This document shows, piece after piece, positions 33,060-36,183 of a stretch of 36,183 nt of DNA; position 1 is the first letter of the stretch, and each line of letters begins with the position of its first letter. Source of the DNA: Octopus bimaculoides (taxonomy: Eukaryota). The notes beneath the pieces are model-generated. The model was not told the origin of the DNA, did no database searches, and was given only the letters and a program-made list of their open reading frames with translations. The position numbers were made by a program, and so were the translations under genes. The stretch is taken from positions 190,448,817 through 190,484,999 of the forward strand of contig NC_068982.1 of NCBI RefSeq assembly GCF_001194135.2, given 5' to 3'.

Positions 33060-33625
33060 AAGAACTACTGCTGCTACTGCTGTTGCTAATCTTGCTGCTC
33101 CGCTTGTTTCTGCTGCTGCTGCTGCAGTTATTCTTGCCATTCGACACTTTTAGCACCGTTACTTTGCTATACTTTTTCTTCAAAATTCTTCTCATTTTCG
33201 TTGCTAAAAATTTCTTCAATTTTCCACCAATTTCTTCATCTTTTTTCCTTCCTTTCTCTCTTTTTCTCTTCCTCTTTCTAATTTTTTTATTTCGCTCTCA
33301 TTCATTCCATCTTCGTTTTTTATTTTCGTATTTCTTTGCTTCTTTCTTTTCTACTTCCGGTTTTATTTCATTCCTTATTCCAGCTTTTCTTTCCTTATTT
33401 CTTTCAAATTTTCCTTCTTTCTCTCAATCAGTCTCCCAGCATTTTATTTGTTTATTTTTCTTCCTGAACTCAACTTGTTATTCTCTTTTTTTTATCTTCG
33501 TATTCTCTTTCTTTCTTTCTTTTTCTTCGTATTCTCTTTCTTTTCTTCATATTCCCCCTTTCCTTCACTCCACCTCTCCCTTCTATTCTTTTTCTCCGCA
33601 TTCTCTCATCCCTCACTCTTCTACA
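33060..33625. repeat. (CTG)n tract followed by pyrimidine-rich low-complexity sequence
   Basis: Directly visible; accounts for the F/S/L-rich 201-aa ORF. Confidence 0.85.
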
Positions 33626-33929
33626 ATGACGCAAGAAAGAAAAATATCAAGAAAGCATGAAAATATCTTTAGGGAATACAATATATGAGTATTTGTATGC
33701 GTGTATGTATGTGTGTATATTATACACACATGCACGCACACATATTTATATTTGTATTCATGTGTGTACTAACTTTTACGACATAACGATTACGTAATCG
33801 GTCGGTCGGTCGGTCAACCTAAAACGTCTGCGTGTTTAAGGTTAACAAGATGACTCTGGATGATGTAGATAGTATGGATCACTATTTTTAGCTTGTATCG
33901 GAGGGGTTCCTTTTTGAATCCCAAGAGAA

Positions 33930-34410
33930 AAATGGTCATTAAGCATCTTTTTAAAGCAGTTTTGACCCACCTTATTTCTGTTTGTATTAAATACTTTATG
34001 TAATTCAGGACAGTTTGGGAAATGTTTCCCGATTAGACAGAGAAAATTATTTGCAACAGTGATTCACAAACCAATGTTGTAAGGTGGGATGTACCATATA
34101 AAGTTACATTTCCAGGAGTTTTTAGTGCGATGATTGCTTGATAATGTTGTTTTCATTGGTCTCGGTTATGTGATAGTGTTTGTTTTACACTTGTACTTTG
34201 TGGCCATGTTCAATATTTCTTCCTCGAAAGTTAACCAGTGCTTTTAACCACTTCCAGATGTTCATTGAAACATGTTGGAAGACATACAGGGAAAGACTGG
34301 TTCATATGTGGATGAGAAATGATGTACTGTTTGACTTCTTGAGTGGCTCATATCATATCCTGTTCGGTTCATGCGAGGCATCCAGGAACTTTAGCGTAGT
34401 GAGACTCTCT
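33930..34410 (-). mobile_element. Penelope-like element ORF remnant (RT C-terminus/thumb), degenerate
   Basis: FLDAS..YEPLKKSN, then FIWYIPPYNIGL*ITVANNFLCLIGKHFPNCPELHKVFNTN, matching the PLE pattern IIWFNPPYS..TNIG..FL.LI.KHFP...LHKIFNRN. Confidence 0.75.
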
Positions 34411-34757
34411 TTGGCCGTCTCTTATTAGTTGTTATAATTATTAGCTTTCTATATGCGTTCACTGTTATGAACATGTCAACTCTGTAGTCGTTGACAATAA
34501 TGCAACTTTAAAATTTCTGTATTTCTTAGAGTAGGAACAAGACTAACGCTCGCATAATTCGGCCTCAACAAGTCTACCCATGATAATGCTTAGCACAGAG
34601 CAACACGTATTCTGACAACATGCACCACTTAAGAACATGTTACTTTCTACTGAGAGAGAGAGAGAGAGGGAGGGAGAAAGAGAGAGAGAGAGAACTGTAC
34701 ATTTCATTCGTATATTACAAACACATATATATGAATAAACAAATACATAAATATATA

Positions 34758-35004
34758 CAATTGAAGGGTATAATGAATAAACGCTCTAATTAGCCAAAAG
34801 TAACTTTATAACATTCCCAAATTATTGCAATACCGAACATTATATTAAAAACATCAGGACATCCAGTGGTAAACCCTAATTTTTATACTATTGGGTTTTA
34901 CCACTGGATGTCCTGATGTTTTAAATATTTATGTTCGGTATTGCAATAATATGGGAATGCTATGAAGTTATTTAGAGCTTTTATTCATTATCCCCTTCAA
35001 TTTG
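34758..35004. mobile_element. ~250 bp foldback (palindromic) element, probable MITE
   Basis: Arms pair end to end around a ~9-nt loop; perfect blocks of 26 bp (34848-34873/34897-34922) and 20 bp (34821-34840/34931-34950); termini TA-CAATTGAAGGG...CCCTTCAATT. Confidence 0.75.
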
Positions 35005-35122
35005 GTTTTTCTTTTTGTTTCAGTGTTATCTGAGCAATTCCACTTGCAGTCCTATTTTTATTTTTTGGTTTAGCGTAATTATAAAATTACCTTCATGAAT
35101 ATATATATATAAACATATACAC

Positions 35123-35169
<47 letters not shown>

Positions 35170-35307
35170 TATGTGTGTGCATAGGCAAAATTATTAGATA
35201 TATAAAAAAAGGAATTATATATAATAAGGTAGCCTTTTCTTAAAAGACACCAGCTTTACTGAACATAGGAGTCAAAGCATTACGAAGCCACAAAAGTTCG
35301 TTTTTTC

Positions 35308-35372
<65 letters not shown>

Positions 35373-36183
35373 GTACCTACCTACCTACCTACCTACCTAC
35401 CTACCTACATACATACATACATACATACCTACATACATACATACATATATATGCGTGCGTGTGTGTTTTTTTTTCAATGTTTACAAATAAAACGGGAAAA
35501 TAAATAAATAGTTACCAGGGTAGCAAAAATTCACACAAGTACCAAAGATGTAACAGCCTACTTATGAAGGTAGAAACTCCAGCTTTAGGTGAAATATTTT
35601 TGATTAATATAGATAAATAAATAAATGGAGTTAAATGCAGGTGTTATTCAAATCCTTATACTTCCGACATATGTTTCGAGAAAAACATTGGTATTATTCC
35701 AGAATAAATAAAATGGTGTAAAACAATGCAATCTTCTCATCAGGGAAAGAAAGGTACCAAACATATCAATAAGGCATTTTAACAGGATGTGATGACTGCG
35801 TATATGATGAAGAGAACGTTAGCAAGTTTTTAAAAAAACCGTTAGTAGATACAACGTCAAAGGTAGTTTATAGAAAGAGAAGGAGGAGAAAGAAAGAAAG
35901 AAACTGGCAGAAAACAAATAGTGAAGAGATACAGAGCGATAAGTGAACTGGAATAAAGCTTAAAGGCGTGGAAGGAGATATATTTAGTGGAAGTTCAATG
36001 TAAGAAGACAGTCAAAAGATCGAATTTCAGAGAATGGTAGAAATCACTTATAGGAACTAAAAGTATGTTTCTGGCAATGTTTGCAACGATAAACGCGTTC
36101 TATAAACCAGGCTAGCTCATCATTTTTCGGTCATTTATTTAAAAGTTGTCGCTTCAAATCCCAGACTAAATATTATTATATAT

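Noticed and set aside
33083-33688. 201-aa hydrophobic ORF resembling a membrane protein
   Set aside because: Derived from (CTG)n and T/C-rich low-complexity DNA; no domain pattern.

Overview
AT-rich, gapped (8 N runs, about 2.8 kb), repeat-dominated eukaryotic DNA with no host protein-coding gene that I can support. The mix of microsatellites, tRNA-derived SINEs, R4/Dong- and RTE-clade LINEs, Penelope-like elements (PLEs) and mariners suggests intronic or intergenic DNA from a coleoid cephalopod, probably an Octopus draft assembly (inference). Recognisable coding remnants are all transposon-derived and disabled: R4/Dong RT (7975-9044) and endonuclease (3873-4270), RTE-BovB (4351-5470, 21950-22275), PLE RT/thumb (33930-34410), mariner (30054-30884, 9047-9203) and a probable HERO-like endonuclease (20500-20730). 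The most notable structures are: (1) a ~800 bp inverted pair of PLE terminal repeats, one arm holding an apparently complete type I hammerhead ribozyme (3750-3797); (2) a mariner derivative built from two 5' ends facing each other; (3) a bipartite SINE whose internal microsatellite is repeatedly followed or interrupted by other elements; (4) a ~250 bp foldback hairpin; (5) an RTE copy with an in-frame chimeric insert. All alignments, translations and folds were done by eye with no database search, so family names are motif-based.
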